The position numbers and the translations under genes are program-made. Source: an uncultured beta proteobacterium (lineage in GTDB: Bacteria; Pseudomonadota; Gammaproteobacteria; Burkholderiales; Burkholderiaceae_C). From it: a DNA stretch of 64,000 nt. The stretch spans positions 760,466-824,465 of the forward strand of contig CAWJWV010000007.1 in the NCBI GenBank assembly GCA_963846675.1, written 5' to 3'. This document shows, in pieces, positions 21,312-35,782 of this stretch. Each line of letters begins with the position of its first letter. Position 1 is the stretch's first letter. The notes beneath the pieces were generated by a model that did not search any database, was not told the DNA's origin, and was given only the letters and a program-made list of their open reading frames with translations.

Positions 21312-23357
21312 CAGAAGACGTCGACAAGTCCGATGCGCAGATCCCGCCGGGAGCGCAATCCGAGAAGCCGGCTCCGGCTCGCCGCAAGCGTGCGGCCAAG
21401 ACCGCGGCGCCGGTAGACGACGCCGCAGGTGAGACCCTGGTCGTCGCTCCGGCCGCCGACGAGCTGCCGGCTGCGGTCGCGCCGGTCAGGCCGCCGCGCA
21501 AGCGCCGGGTTGCCGTCGCGGCCGAGCAAATCGGCGACGAGCTTGCCCAACGGCTGCCCGACCTCGGTGCGGATGGTGCGCAACCGTCGGCAGCCGATCC
21601 GTCGGCCGATGCATCCGCCGAACCGGTCGGATCAGCGGCTGCCGGCAACCCGGACCGTGCCGACGACCCAGGCGAGGCATCGCCCGACGAGGGCGCGTCC
21701 GGGGAGGCGCCGTCTGTCGATGAGGCCGGCGGTCGTGGTCGCCGTCGGCGCCGCGATCGCGGCCCCCGCGGCGAGCCTGACGCCGCCGTGTCCGCGGCCG
21801 ACGCCGTTCGTTCGCCGGCAGCGGGTTCGGATGACGAGGATGACGAGGACGAAACGGGTGACGCGGCCTCCGGTGCACGCCCGGAGCCGACCGATCCGTC
21901 CGAGGTTTTCGCGCAGGTGGTTTCCGGCGAATACGACGCCGGCAACGAGGAGATACCGGAACCGCCGCCACCGCACAAGCGGGTGTTGCTGCCCGAGCCG
22001 GATGCGCCCAAGCTGCAGAAGGTTCTCGCACAGTCGGGCATCGGCTCGCGGCGCGACATGGAAACCCTGATCCAGGAAGGCCAGGTCACCGTCAACGGCG
22101 AGCCGGCCCACATCGGTCAGCGGATCTCGTTCGGCGACCGGATCGCGGTCAAGGGCAAGCCGATCCGGGTGCGCATCGTCCCGCCGCCGCCGCGCATCAT
22201 CGCCTACCACAAGCCGGCCGGCGAGGTGGTCACGCACGACGACCCGCAGAACCGTCCGACCGTCTTCAGGCGCCTGCCGCGGTTGCAGCAAGGCAAGTGG
22301 CAGTCGGTGGGCCGGCTCGACCTGAACACCGAGGGACTGCTGCTGTTCACCAACTCGGGTGAACTTGCCAACCAGCTGATGCATCCGCGCTTCGGGGTCG
22401 AGCGCGAGTATGCGGTGCGCGTGCTCGGCAAGCTCGACGATGCCGATCGTGCCCAGCTGCTCGAGGGGGTCAGCATCGACGGCCAGACCGCGTCCTTCCG
22501 CTCGATCGAGGACGGCGGCGGCGAGGGTGCCAACCACTGGTATCGGGTCGTCATCACCGAAGGCCGCAATCGCGAGGTGCGCAAGTTGTTCGACGCGGTC
22601 GAACTGACCGTCAGCCGGCTGATCCGGATCCGTTATGGCACCGTCGTGCTGCCGCGCGGACTCAAGCGCGGCGTCTGGGTCGACCTCGATCCGGCCGACG
22701 TGCGAGCGATCCGCCAGCTCGCCGGGGGCGCGCGCAACGAGGTGCGTCCCCAGTCGCCGGCGCAGGATCCGGCTGGCCGGTCGGGCCGCGGGCGCAACAA
22801 GGCCCGGGGTAACGACCGGGCGGAGCGGGGCGAGCGTGCGCCGCAGCAGGGACGGGGCCCGCAGCATGAACGCGGGCCGCAAGAGCGCGGCCCGCAGCAA
22901 GAGCGTGGACCGCAGCCGGAACGGGGTCAGTCACGGCCGAATCCGCGCGCCGAGGCCGGCAACGACCGGGAACGTGATCGTTCCGACGACCTCGACGACG
23001 ATTTCGATCCGTCGCGCATCCCGAATCCGCTCGAGCAGACCTTCGACAAGCGCTTCGTGCAGAACCCGCGCACCCCGGCCGGCGGACGCGGCTTCGGCCG
23101 CGGTGGCGGCGGGTTCGGCGCCGGGGGCAGTGCGCCGCACGCAGGCGCCGCGCAAACCGGGGAGTCCACGCGAACCCGATCCGCTGCAGACCTCGGTCGG
23201 CTACATCGGTGCCGACGCCTTCCATCGCAAGAATCGCGGCGGGAGCGGCGGCGGAAGCGGCGGCGGCGGCGGCAACCGGGGCGGCGGTTTCGGCGGCGGG
23301 AACCGTGGTGGCGGTGGTGGTGGCGGCGGTGGCGGCGGTGGCCGGCGCGGTCGCTGA
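21308..23357 (+). CDS. rluB: 23S rRNA pseudouridine synthase RluB with long disordered termini (frameshift at ~23160)
   Basis: [35 protein letters not shown] and EGRNREVR. The C-terminal [11 protein letters not shown] plus Gly-rich tail is in the +1 frame ending at 23357. Confidence 0.92.
22822..22930 (+). repeat. coding tandem repeat (E/G)RGPQx in RluB
   Basis: Translation [36 protein letters not shown]; degenerate 15-18 nt units. Confidence 0.8.
23236..23354 (+). repeat. GGC/GGT low-complexity tract (Gly/RGG tail of RluB)
   Basis: Runs of ggc/ggt encoding [31 protein letters not shown]. Confidence 0.85.
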
Positions 23358-23368
23358 AGCCGGCGCCT

Positions 23369-23403
23369 TACAATCATGAGCTTTGCCGAATTGAATTCAG
23401 GAG
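23369..23403 (+). promoter_or_regulatory. putative ndk -10 and RBS
   Basis: TACAAT at 23369-23374 and AGGAG at 23399-23403 before ATG 23410. Confidence 0.5.
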
Positions 23404-23409
23404 AACAAC

Positions 23410-23836
23410 ATGGCGGTTGAACGCACGCTCTCGATCATCAAGCCCGATGCCGTCGCGAAGAATGTGATCGGGCAGATCTACAGCCGTTTCGAGGGCGCGG
23501 GTCTGAAGGTCATCGCGGCCAGGATGGCCCATCTTTCGCGCGGCGAGGCCGAGGCCTTCTATTCGGTCCACAAGGCGCGGCCGTTCTTCAAGGACCTGGT
23601 CGACTTCATGATCTCGGGCCCGGTGATGATCCAGGTGCTCGAGGGCGAAGGCGCGATCGCGAAGAACCGCGACCTGATGGGTGCGACCGATCCGAAGAAG
23701 GCCGACAAGGGCACGATCCGCGCCGATTTCGCCGACAGCATCGATGCCAACGCGGTTCACGGTTCGGATGGCGTCGAGACCGCAGCCAGCGAAGTCGCGT
23801 TCTTCTTCCCCGGCGATGAACGTTTACAGTCGTTGA
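23410..23836 (+). CDS. ndk: nucleoside diphosphate kinase
   Basis: [24 protein letters not shown] and NAVHGSD. A likely insertion at ~23814 gives the true end NVYSR* at 23836. Confidence 0.97.
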
Positions 23837-23901
23837 ACTGAACGCTGCAACTCCTTCCGTCTCCTCCAACCTCGTTGCAAGGGACCCGAACCAGCGCCGG
23901 C

Positions 23902-25087
23902 ATGAACGCAGTCAATCTGCTCGATTTCGACCTCGACGGCCTGGCGCACTGGTGCGCCGGGCTTGGAGAGAAGCGTTTTCGGGCGACTCAGCTGTTTCGC
24001 TGGATCCATCAGCGTGGCGCATCCGATTTCGCGCAGATGACCGACCTGGCTCGGTCGCTGCGCGAGAAGCTCGGCGGCGCTCGCCTGCGTGCAGCCGCTC
24101 GAGGTCGCGAGCGAGCAGGCATCGACCGACGGCACGATCAAGTGGCTGTTCTCGGTCGGGGCCGGCGATGCGGTCGAGACCGTCTTCATCCCGGAGGACG
24201 ACCGCGGCACCTTGTGCATCTCGTCGCAGGCGGGCTGCGCCGTCGGCTGCCGTTTCTGCTCGACCGGGCACCAGGGCTTCAGCCGCAATCTGACGACCGG
24301 CGAAATCGTGGCTCAGCTGTGGTTTGCCGAACACCACCTGCGCCAGCGCCTGCAAGGTGCCGGCCGGCCAGCGCGTGATCACCAATGTCGTGATGATGGG
24401 CATGGGTGAGCCGCTGCAGAACTATGCGGCGCTGCTGCCGGCGTTGCGCGTGATGCTCGACGATCACGGCTACGGGCTGTCGCGCCGCCGGGTCACGGTG
24501 TCGACTTCCGGCGTGGTGCCGATGATCGACCGGTTGCGTGACGATTGCCCGGTCGCGCTCGCGGTGTCGCTGCATGCGCCGAACGATGCGCTGCGCGACG
24601 AACTGGTGCCGCTGAACCGCAAATACCCGCTGGTCGAACTGCTCGCGGCTTGCCACCGTTATCTCGACAGGGCACCGCGTGACTTCATCACCTTCGAATA
24701 CTGCATGCTCGACGGCGTCAACGACAGCGCCGAGCATGCGCAGGAACTGCTTGCACTGACGCGCGGACGCGCCGCTGACGGTTCACCGGTCGAGGCGGTG
24801 TCGTGCAAGTTCAACCTGATCCCGTTCAACCCGTTTCCGGCCTCGGGCCTGCTGCGTTCGCCACCTGCGGCGCGTGCAGGCCTTCGCCCGGCATCTGCAG
24901 GACGGCGGTGTCGTGACGACGGTTCGCAAGACGCGCGGCGATGACATCGACGCAGCCTGCGGTCAGCTCGCCGGCGAAGTGCAGGACCGGACCCGGCTGC
25001 GCGAACGCAGCGTCGCGGCGCGCGCCGATCCGGATCCATCCGCGCCCGCCGGCGCCGGCCGATGCGCTGCCGGAGGAACGTCGATGA
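23902..25087 (+). CDS. rlmN: radical SAM 23S rRNA/tRNA methyltransferase RlmN (frameshifted)
   Basis: [33 protein letters not shown] and [12 protein letters not shown]. End approximate. Confidence 0.95.
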
Positions 25088-25891
25088 GTTCGCGCCGTGC
25101 ATGGGCAGCCATGGTCGTGCTGGCTGGCGCTGTTCTCGCTGGCTGCGCCGCGCGTCGGACCCTCGGCCGTGCCGGGTGCGACGCCCGACCGGATCACCGC
25201 CTCCGACGAACCCGAACACACGCGCCGGGCGCGCGTCAGGCTCGAGCTGGCAAGCGCCTATTTCGGGCGCGGGCAGACGGTGACCGCGCTCGATCAGGTC
25301 AAGCAGGCGATCACGGCCGATCCGCAGATGGGTCCGGCGCACAACCTGCGCGGCCTGATCTACTCGGACCTCGGCGACACCGCTCTGGCCGAGGAAAGTT
25401 TCCAGCGGGCGCTCGCCCTCGATCCAGCCGATGCCGACGCGATGCAGAACTACGGCTGGCACCTGTGCCAGCAAAGGCGCTTCGGACAGGCGGATCGACT
25501 GTTCCAGCAGGCGCTCGAAGTACCGCGCTACCGCGATGGCGCGCGCACGTTGCTCGCGCGGGGCGTCTGTCTGGCGCGTGCCGGCGACCTCGCCGGTGCC
25601 GAGCCGGTGCTGCAACGTGCCTACGAGCTCGAGCCGGGCAGCGCGGCGGCTGCGGTCAACCTGTCCGAGGTGCTCTACCAGCGCGGCCAGTTCGAGAGTG
25701 CGCGCTTCATCATGCGCCGGGTCAATGGTCGCCCCGACGTCAGCAATGCGCAGACGCTCTGGCTCGGCGCGAAGATCGAGAACAAGCTCGGCAATGCACA
25801 GGCGGCGCGTGCGATGGGCGATCAGCTGGCGGCGCGCTTTCCCGAATCGCCAGAGGCCAGGGGCTATCAGCGGAGAAGGTTCGATGAATGA
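25084..25891 (+). CDS. pilW: type IV pilus biogenesis/stability TPR lipoprotein PilW/PilF (frameshifted)
   Basis: Lipobox [24 protein letters not shown] and FPESPE; canonical position after rlmN. Confidence 0.88.
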
Positions 25892-26818
25892 ATTGAACCC
25901 GGCAGCCGGCAGCGAAGTCGCCAGCCCGGCCGGACCCGGCGGGCGCGGCGCGGGCCGGATGCTGCGCGAAGCGCGCGAGGCGCAAGGCCTGTCGATCGAG
26001 GCGCTGGCGGCGACCGATGAAGGTCACGGTGCACAAGCTCGAACTGCTCGAGTCGGATCGCCATGACGAGTTGCCTGACGCGACGTTCGCGCGTGCGCTC
26101 GCGCAGTCGGTCTGCCGGACGCTGAAGGTCGATCCGGCCCCGGTGCTCGAACAGCTGCCGCGGGCGGCGGGCAGCCGGATCGAGCATGTCAGCGAGGGTC
26201 TGAACGAGCCGTTCCGCGATCACCCGTCGCGCCTCGATCCGATGGCCTGGCTGGCCGGCCTGCGCTCGCTGTGGGCTCCCGCACTGCTGCTCGTGCTGGC
26301 CGGGGCGATCTACTTCATTCCGCTCGGCTTCCTGCGCTCGACCGTCTCGACGATCGGCCAGGTCGTCGATTCGGTCCGCAGCGGCAGTGGGGATGCCGGT
26401 CGCACCACCGAGACGGTGACGATGCCGCCGACCGAGATCATCGTGCAGGACGGCATCGCGACGGTGCAAGGCACAAACGCATCGCGTTCCGGCGTTGCCG
26501 CACCGGCGGCCGCGCCGTTTGCCGCGGCGCCGGCGCCGGTCGCGGTGGCACCGGCAGCGGTACCGACACCGGCCGGGCCGGGGGCGGGCACGGTCGAGTT
26601 GCGTGCCAGCGCCAAGTCGTGGGTCGAGGTGAAGGATGGCCGCAACCGGATGCTGCTGTCGCGCAGTCTGCAGCCGGACGAAACCGTGATGCTCGACGGC
26701 GCCATGCCGATCCGGGTCAAGATCGGGAATGCGGCGGTCACCGAGCTGCGCTACCGCGGCGAACTGATCGACCTCGCGCCGATGACGACGAAAACATTGC
26801 GCGGGTACAACTGAAGTG

Positions 26819-26819
<1 letters not shown>
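25884..26819 (+). CDS. rodZ: RodZ-like HTH/DUF4115 protein (frameshifted)
   Basis: [24 protein letters not shown], a TM helix, SWVEVKD, IGNA and NIARVQLK. Confidence 0.85.
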
Positions 26820-28158
<1,339 letters not shown>

Positions 28159-28237
28159 GAACCCGCCGCCCGGTGCGGCACCAACGGGCCCGCTCGAGTG
28201 TGCCGGCGCCCGCAACCTTTCCCTATCCACCTGGACC

Positions 28238-29525
28238 ATGGCTGAACCGTTGAAGGCCGTCAAAGGCATGAGCGACATCCTGCCGCCCGAATCGGCGCGC
28301 TGGGAGTGGCTCGAGGGTCGCATCCGCGAACTGATGCAGCGTTACGGCTATGCCAACGTGCGCACGCCGATCGTCGAACCGACCGCGCTGTTCGTGCGCG
28401 GTCTCGGCGAGGTGACCGACATCGTCGAGAAGGAGATGTATTCCTTCGAGGACTCGATGAACGGCGACCGGCTGAGTCTGCGACCGGAGAACACCGCCGG
28501 CGTCGTGCGTGCGATCAACGAGGCCAATCTGCTGCGCGAAGGCGGGCGGCGCCTGTTCTACATCGGTCCGATGTTCCGCCACGAGCGACCGCAGAAAGGG
28601 CGCTCGCGCCAGTTCCACCAGTTCGGCGCCGAGGCGCATCGGCTACGCCGGGCCGGATGTCGACGCCGAGCTGATCCTGATGCTGCGCGCGCTGTGGCGC
28701 GGACTCGGCCTGCACGAGGGTGTCCGATGTCCGGCTGGAGCTGAACAGCCTTGGCCAGCCGGCCGAGCGACATGACGCACCGGACCGCGCTGATCGCTTA
28801 CTTCGAGGCGCACGTCGATCGACTCGACGACGATGCACGGCGCCGGCTGCACAGCAATCCGCTGCGCATCCTCGACAGCAAGAATCCGGCGATGCAGTCG
28901 GTGATCGAGGGCGCGCCGCGCCTGCCTGACTTTCTCGGCGCCGAATCGCTGGCGCACTTCGACGCGGTGCGCGCCGTGCTCGACCGGGCTGGGCTGCCAT
29001 ACCGGATCAATCCCGCGCCTGGTGCGCGGCATGGACTATTACAACCTGACCGTGTTCGAATGGGTCACCGATCGGCTCGGCGCCCAGGGCACGGTGTGCG
29101 GCGGCGGTCGCTACGACGGGCTGATCGAGCAGCTCGGCGGCAAGCCGGCGCCGGCGGTCGGTTTCGGACTCGGCCTCGAGCGCCTGCTGCTGCTGCTCGA
29201 TGAACTCGGACTGGCGCCGCAGCCGGTGCCGCCGCAGGTGTATGCAGTCGTACCCGGACCGGCCGTGCTGGCCGACGCACTGGCCGCGCTCGAGGCGCTG
29301 CGCGCCGCCGGCGTGACGGTGCAGATGAATGCCGGCTTCGGCGCCATGAAGACGCAGTTCAAGCGCGCCGATGCCAGCGGCGCGCGTCATGCGCTGATCT
29401 TCGGCGACGATGAAGTCGCGCGCGGCGAGGTCGCTCTCAAGCACCTGCGCGATCCGGCGCTGCCGCAGCGCAGCCTGGCGCTGGTCGCCGTCGCCGACTG
29501 GGCCGGCGAACTCCTCAACGCATAA
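28238..29525 (+). CDS. hisS: histidyl-tRNA synthetase (frameshifted)
   Basis: [33 protein letters not shown] and GGRYDGL. Confidence 0.96.
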
Positions 29526-29554
29526 TCGCGCCTTTGCGCAACGTTCCCCTTGCC

Positions 29555-30214
29555 ATGGCTACGCAACTCGACCTCGAAGAACAAGAACAGCTCGATCAGA
29601 TCAAGGCCTTCTGGAAGCAGTACGGCAACCTGATCACCTGGCTGCTGATCGCGGTGCTCGGCGGCTTTGCGGCCTGGAACGGCTGGAACTGGTGGCAGCG
29701 CGAGCAGGCGGCGAGTGCCGCCGGCATGTACGACGAGTCTCGAGCGCGCCGCCGACGCCGGTGACGCAGCAGACGACCGGGCGCGTCTTCGACGACCTGA
29801 AGTCGCGTTATCCGCGCACCACCTATGCGCAGCAGGGCGGTCTGCTGGCGGCGCGGTGCAGTACGAGAAGGGCAACGCCGACGCAGCGCGGGCGGCGCTG
29901 GCCTGGGTCGCCGAAGGGCGCGAGCGACGACGAGTACCGCACGCCTGGCCCGGCTGCGCCTGGCCGGGCTGCTGTTCGAGGCCGGCCAGCACGATGCGGC
30001 GCTCAAGCAGCTCGAAGGCGGCGTCGCTGCCGGGTTTCGAAGGCGCTGTTCGCCGACCGCCGTGGCGACATCCTGGCGGCGCAGAACAAGCCGACCGAGG
30101 CCACCGCCGCCTATCAGCAGGCGTACAAGGGGCTCGACGCCGAGTCTCGGTTATCGACGCCTCGTCGAGGCCAAGCTGATGGCGCTCGGTGCGTCGCCGG
30201 AGGTTGCACAGTGA
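29555..30214 (+). CDS. yfgM: YfgM-family TPR protein (multiple frameshifts)
   Basis: LDLEEQEQLDQIKAFWKQYGN, TM helix, ARLRLA and DRRGDIL; lies between hisS and bamB. Confidence 0.88.
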
Positions 30215-31376
30215 GCCGCGCCGCTCACCTGCGCCTGCCGTCCGCGCTCGCGCGCGCTTCGCTGCTGGTCGGTGCGCTGTGCTGCTCGGTGGCTGTGCGC
30301 GTTCGGCCCGGACAGGCCGAAGCCGGCGCCGCTCGAGGCGATCGCCAGCCCGATCGCTGGCGGCGCTGGCCTGGCAGCAACGCGTCGGGCAAGATCGATT
30401 TTCCGCTCGCGATCGCAGTCAACGGCGGCGTGCTTACCGTCGCCGGCGGCGATGGCAGCGTGCTGGCGCTGCAGGCCGACAGCGGGCGCGAGTTGTGGCG
30501 CGCCAGCGTCGGCGCTCGCCTGAGCGCGGGCGTCGGCAGCGACGGTCGGCGCGCCGCGGTCGTCACGCGCAACGGCGAACTCGTCGTGCTCGAAGCAGGC
30601 CGGCAGCTGTGGCGCAAGCAGATCGGCGTGCGTGTCCACACCGAGCCGCTGGTCGCTGGCGAGCGCGTCTTCGTGCTCGGGTCAGCGACCGCAGCGTGCA
30701 GGCGTTCGATGCCGTCGATGGACGTCGGCTGTGGGAAGTCAAGCGCTCGGGCGATCCCCTGACGCTGGCCCAGCGCGGCGTGATCACCGCCTACCAGGAC
30801 ACCTTGCTGGTCGGCCAGGGTCCGCGGCTGGTCGGGCTCGATCCGAACGATGGCCAGGTGCGCTGGGAGGTGGCGCTGGCGACGCCGCGCGGCGCCAACG
30901 AGATCGACCGCCTGGCCGATCTGGTCGGTCCGGCGGTCCGCGTCGGCGAGCGGGTCTGCGCACGGGCCTTCCAGGCAGCGGTGGCGTGCGCCAACGCCGA
31001 GCGTGGTGCCGTCGGCTGGTCGCGCAACGTCGGCGGCACCGATGGCATCGCGGCCGATGACCAGTTGGTTGCTGCGGCGGACGCGTCGGATCGCTGTCGG
31101 GCTGGAATGCCGCCTCCGGCGAGGTCGTCTGGTCGAGCGAGAAGCTGATGTACCGCGAACTCGGCACGCCGCTGCTCGTCGGCGACTGGCTGGTGGTCGG
31201 CGACACGGCCGGCACCGTGCATTTCCTGTCCAAGCAGACCGGCGCGCCGGTGCTGCGGCTGTCGACCGACGGCAGCGGCATCGTCGGTCAGCCGGTGCTC
31301 GCTGGCGGTCTGGTCGTCGTCGCGACGCGTGCCGGCGGGCTGCTACGCGCTGCGTGCGGCCCCGGCGGCGCGCTGA
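30211..31376 (+). CDS. bamB: outer membrane assembly lipoprotein BamB (frameshifted)
   Basis: Lipobox-like LLGGC, PQQ-type beta-propeller repeats (GRELW, GQVRW) and [11 protein letters not shown]; hisS-yfgM-bamB-der synteny. Confidence 0.88.
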
Positions 31377-31395
31377 TCCGGAGCCGACCCGCCCG

Positions 31396-32738
31396 ATGAA
31401 ACCCGTCATCGCCATCGTCGGTCGACCGAACGTCGGCAAGTCGACGCTGTTCAACCGGATGACGAAGAGCCGCGACGCGATCGTCGCCGATTTTTCCGGG
31501 CTGACGCGCGACCGCCACTACGGTGACGGCCGTCTCGGCGACCGCGAGTTCATCGTCGTCGATACCGGCGGCTTCGAGCCCGACAGCACCACCGGCATCG
31601 TGAAGGAGATGGCCAAGCAGACGCGGCAGGCGGTCGCCGAAGCCGATGCGGTGATCTTCGTCGTCGATGTGCGCGCCGGCGTTGTCGGCGCAGGACCACG
31701 ACATCGCGCGCTACCTGCGCAGCGTCGGCAAGACCGGTGATCCTGGCTGCCAACAAGGCCGAGGGCATGGTCGATTCGCCGCTGCTGGCCGAATTCCACG
31801 AACTCGGCATCGGCGAGCCGCATCCGGTCTCGTCGGCGCACGGGCAGGGCATCCGCAGCCTGATCGATGCGGCGCTCGCCGACTTCGAGTTCGCGCGACG
31901 ACGCTCGATGAGATCGATGCAGAGAAGTCCGCCGATCCGGCTGGCGGTGGCCGGGCGGCCGAATGTCGGCAAGAGCACGCTGATCAATACCTGGCTTGGC
32001 GAGGAGCGGCTGGTCGCGTTCGACATGCCGGGCACGACGCGCGACGCGATCACGGTGCCGTTCGAGCGCAACGGTCAGCGCTTCCAGTTGATCGACACCG
32101 CCGGCCTGCGGCGCAAGGGCAAGGTCTTCGAGGCGATCGAGAAGTTCTCGGTCGTCAAGACCCTGCAGGCGATCGCCGATGCCAATGTCGTGCTGCTGCT
32201 GCTCGATGCGACGCAGGGCGTCAGCGACCAGGACGCGCACATCGCCGGCTACATCCTCGACAGCGGACGCGCCGTCGTGATCGCCGTCAACAAGTGGGAT
32301 GCGGTCGATGCCTACCAGACGCGAGCTGCTGCAGCGCTCGATCGAGCAGCGGCTGGCCTTTCTCGAAGTTCGCGCCGGTGCTGAACATCTCGGCGATCCG
32401 GCGCCAGGGTCTCGGGCCGGTCTGGAAGGCGATCGCCGACGCGCATGCATCGGCCAATTGCAAGATGACGACGCCGGTGCTGACGCGCCTGATCCAGGAG
32501 GCGGTCGAGCTGCAGGCGCCGAAGCGTTCCGGCATGTTCCGCCCGAAGCTGCGCTACGCGCACCAGGGCGGGATGAATCCGCCGATGGTCGTGGTGCACG
32601 GCAATTCGCTCGAAGCACGTGACCGATGTCTACAAGCGCTTTCTCGAGACCCGGATCCGCGCCCATTTCAAGCTGACCGGCACCCCGCTGCGCATCGAGA
32701 TGCGATCGGGTAGCAACCCGTTCGCCGCGCCGCGATAG
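31396..32738 (+). CDS. der: ribosome biogenesis GTPase Der (frameshifted)
   Basis: Two GRPNVGKS G-domains, [21 protein letters not shown] and GTPLRIE. Confidence 0.96.
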
Positions 32739-32814
32739 CTGACTCGGCAGCCGCGCGGGAACCCCTGTGGTACCGTAACGATCGGATCGTCATGTCTTCA
32801 ACACGGAGAATATC

Positions 32815-33060
32815 GTGAGCAACAAAGGTCAACTTCTTCAGGATCCTTTCCTGAATCTGCTTCGCAAGGAGCATGTCCCGGTCTCCATCTACCTCGTCAA
32901 CGGCATCAAGCTGCAGGGGCACATCGAATCGTTCGATCAGTATGTGGTGCTGCTGCGCAATACCGTCACGCAGATGGTCTACAAGCATGCCATCTCGACC
33001 GTCGTGCCGAGCCGGGCGGTCAACTTCAGCGCCAACGAAGCGCCGGAGCAGCCCTCCTGA
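32815..33060 (+). CDS. hfq: RNA chaperone Hfq
   Basis: [17 protein letters not shown] and [11 protein letters not shown]. Confidence 0.98.
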   Translation: MSNKGQLLQDPFLNLLRKEHVPVSIYLVNGIKLQGHIESFDQYVVLLRNTVTQMVYKHAISTVVPSRAVNFSANEAPEQPS

Positions 33061-33068
33061 ATCGCGTC

Positions 33069-34406
33069 ATGCCTGATCCGCAGCCGCACGGCGTCCGGAT
33101 TGAACCGCTCCGACACCGTGGCCGGGGACTCGCCCGCGGGCGAGCGCCGGCGCGATGACGCGTCGCGCCGCGCGCGCCATCCTGGTCGGCGTGCAGTTCG
33201 GCGGGCGCGCCGGCTTCGACGAGACGCTCGACGAGCTCGCACTGCTGGCCGAATCGGCCGGCGACGAACCGGTGGCCCGCGTGATCGCGCGCCGCAAGGC
33301 GCCCGATCCGGCGCTGTTCATCGGGTCCGGCAAGGCCGACGAGATCAAGGCGCTGGTGCTGGCGCATCAGGCCGAAGCGGTGCTGTTCGACCAGGCGCTG
33401 TCGCCTGCGCAGCAGCGCAACCTCGAGCGCCACCTCGGCGTGGCCGTTGCCGATCGAACCATGCTGATCCTCGAGATCTTCGGCGAACGCGCGCCAAGAG
33501 CCACGAGGGCAAGCTGCAGGTCGAGCTGGCACGTCTGCAATACCTGGCGACCCGGCTGGTGCGCCGCTGGAGCCACCTCGAGCGCCAGCGCGGCGGTATC
33601 GGCGGCCGCGGCGGGCCGGGTGAGGCGCAGATCGAACTCGATCGCCGGATGATCGACGAGCGCATCAAGTCGGTGAAGCAGCGCCTGCAGCAAGGTCAAG
33701 AAGCAGCGCAGCACGCAGCGTCGTGCGCGCGAGCGCAACCAGACCTTCCGCATCTCGCTGGTCGGCTACACCAACGCCGGCAAGTCGACCCTGTTCAATC
33801 TGCTGGTCCATGCGCAGAGCTTACGCTGCCGACCAGTTGTTCGCAACGCTCGATACCACCACCCGCCAGCTGCACGTCGATGGCGCAGGCCGCTCGGTGT
33901 CGCTGTCGGACACGGTCGGGTTCATCCGCGAGCTGCCGCACAAGCTGGTCGAGGCATTCGAGGCGACGCTGCAGGAGGCCACCGATGCCGATCTGTTGCT
34001 GCATGTGGTCGACGCAGCGAGCCCGACCCGGATCGAGCAGATCGCCGAGGTGCAGCGCGTGCTGCGCGAGATCGGTGCCGCCGAGGTGCCTCAGCTGCTG
34101 GTCTTCAACAAGGCCGACCGGCTCGATGCAATCCGAGCTGCCACGCGAGCGCATGCGATGTGTTCGAGCTCGAAGTCGGGATTGCGCGTGCCGCGGGTGT
34201 TCATCAGTGCCGAGACCGGCACCGGCATCGACGAGCTGCGCCGCCTGATCGGCTGTGCCGTCGCGGGCGACCCGAGCTGCGGTCTCGACCGCCTGCCGAG
34301 TCGGCGGTCGGTCGATGCCGCACCCGCTCCGGCACGACCAGCCCGCGGGCGTCCCACGACGACGCCGCCGACGCCGAAGAAAGTTACCCATCAATCTGCC
34401 GTATGA
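33069..34406 (+). CDS. hflX: GTPase HflX (frameshifted)
   Basis: FIGSGKADE, EGKLQVELA, GPGE, VGYTNAGKSTL, LFATLD and DTVGFI. Start approximate. Confidence 0.95.
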
Positions 34407-35762
34407 CGACCCGATCTCCTTTCGATGAAGCCGCGCCGCGGACTCCAGCGGCGCGACGTGAGCTGCTGCTCGCTGCGCACCGGCTCGGCCGCGCGCTGTT
34501 GCGATGCCGGCGCGGCGCGCATCGGCCTGAGGCGCGCGTCGCCGGCTGACGGCTTGAGCCTGAGCAACGGCAACCGCGGCGACGGGCCGCCCGATCTCGA
34601 CGAACTGTGGCGTGATTTCAACCGCAAGCTGAGTGGCCTGTTCGGCAACAAGGGTGGACGCGGGCCGAATGCACCCCGCGGCAGTGGAGGCGATGGCGGC
34701 GGCGGCGGTCCGGGCTTCCAGCCCGACATGAAAAGCGCCGGGATCGGTCTCGGCCTGATCGGCGGCGTGGTCGTGCTGATCTGGCTCGGCAGCGGCATCT
34801 TCATCGTCGAGGAAGGTCAGCAGGCGGTCGTCACCTCGTTCGGCAAGTACAGCCACACGGCCGACGCCGGCATCCAGTGGCGCCTGCCCTATCCCGTTCC
34901 AGGCTCACGAGACCGTGTCGGTGACGCAATTGCGCTCGGTCGAGGTCGGCCGCAGCGCGGTCGTGCAGTCGACCGGCATCCGCGATTCGTCGATGCTGAC
35001 GCAGGACGAAAACATCGTCGACATCCGCTTCACCGTGCAGTACCGGCTGAAGGATGCGCGCGACTATGTCTTCGAGAACCGCAATCCTGACGATGCGGTG
35101 GTCCAGGCGGCCGAATCGGCGGTGCGCGAGATCGTCGGCAAGAGCGTGATGGATTCGGTGCTGTACGAGCAGCGCGATGCGATCGCCGCCGACCTGGTCA
35201 AGTCGATCCAGGAGCAGCTCGACCGCCTGAAGGCAGGCATCCTGGTCGCCAACGTGAACGTGCAGAGCGTCCAGGCGCCCGAGCAGGTGCAGGCGGCCTT
35301 CGACGATGCCTTCAAGGCCGGCGCCGACCGCGAGCGGCTGAAGAACGAGGGCCAGGCCTATGCCAACGACGTGATCCCGAAGGCGCAGGGTACGGCCGCG
35401 CGGCTGCGCGAGGAGGCCGAGGCCTACAAGGCGCGAGTCGTCGCGCAGGCCGAAGGCGATGCCAATCGCTTCTCGAGCGTGCTGACCGAGTACCAGAAGG
35501 CACCGGCGGTAACGCGCGACCGGATGTACCTCGACACGATGCAGCAGATCTACAGCAACGTCAGCAAGGTGCTGGTCGACAGCCGCAACAACTCCAACCT
35601 GCTGTACCTGCCGCTCGACAAGCTGCTGTCCTCGTCGGGCCAGCCGGCCTCCGATGCGGCGGCGCCGGCGCCGGTCGAACCAGCCAGGGCAGCGTGCCCG
35701 CTGCCGCGGTCGACGTGCGCTCGCGCGACGGCCAGCGCAGTCGCGACCGTGACGGTCGCTGA
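34403..35762 (+). CDS. hflK: FtsH modulator HflK (frameshifted)
   Basis: GPPDLDELWRDFN, MLTQDENIV, NLLYLPLDKL and C-terminal RSRDRDGR*. Start approximate. Confidence 0.93.
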
Positions 35763-35782
35763 ATCCCGGAGTCTTCTGAGTC

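Noticed and set aside
22822-23354. CRISPR-like or mobile repeat array
   Set aside because: The repeats are short, degenerate, in-frame coding units with no unique spacers or cas genes.
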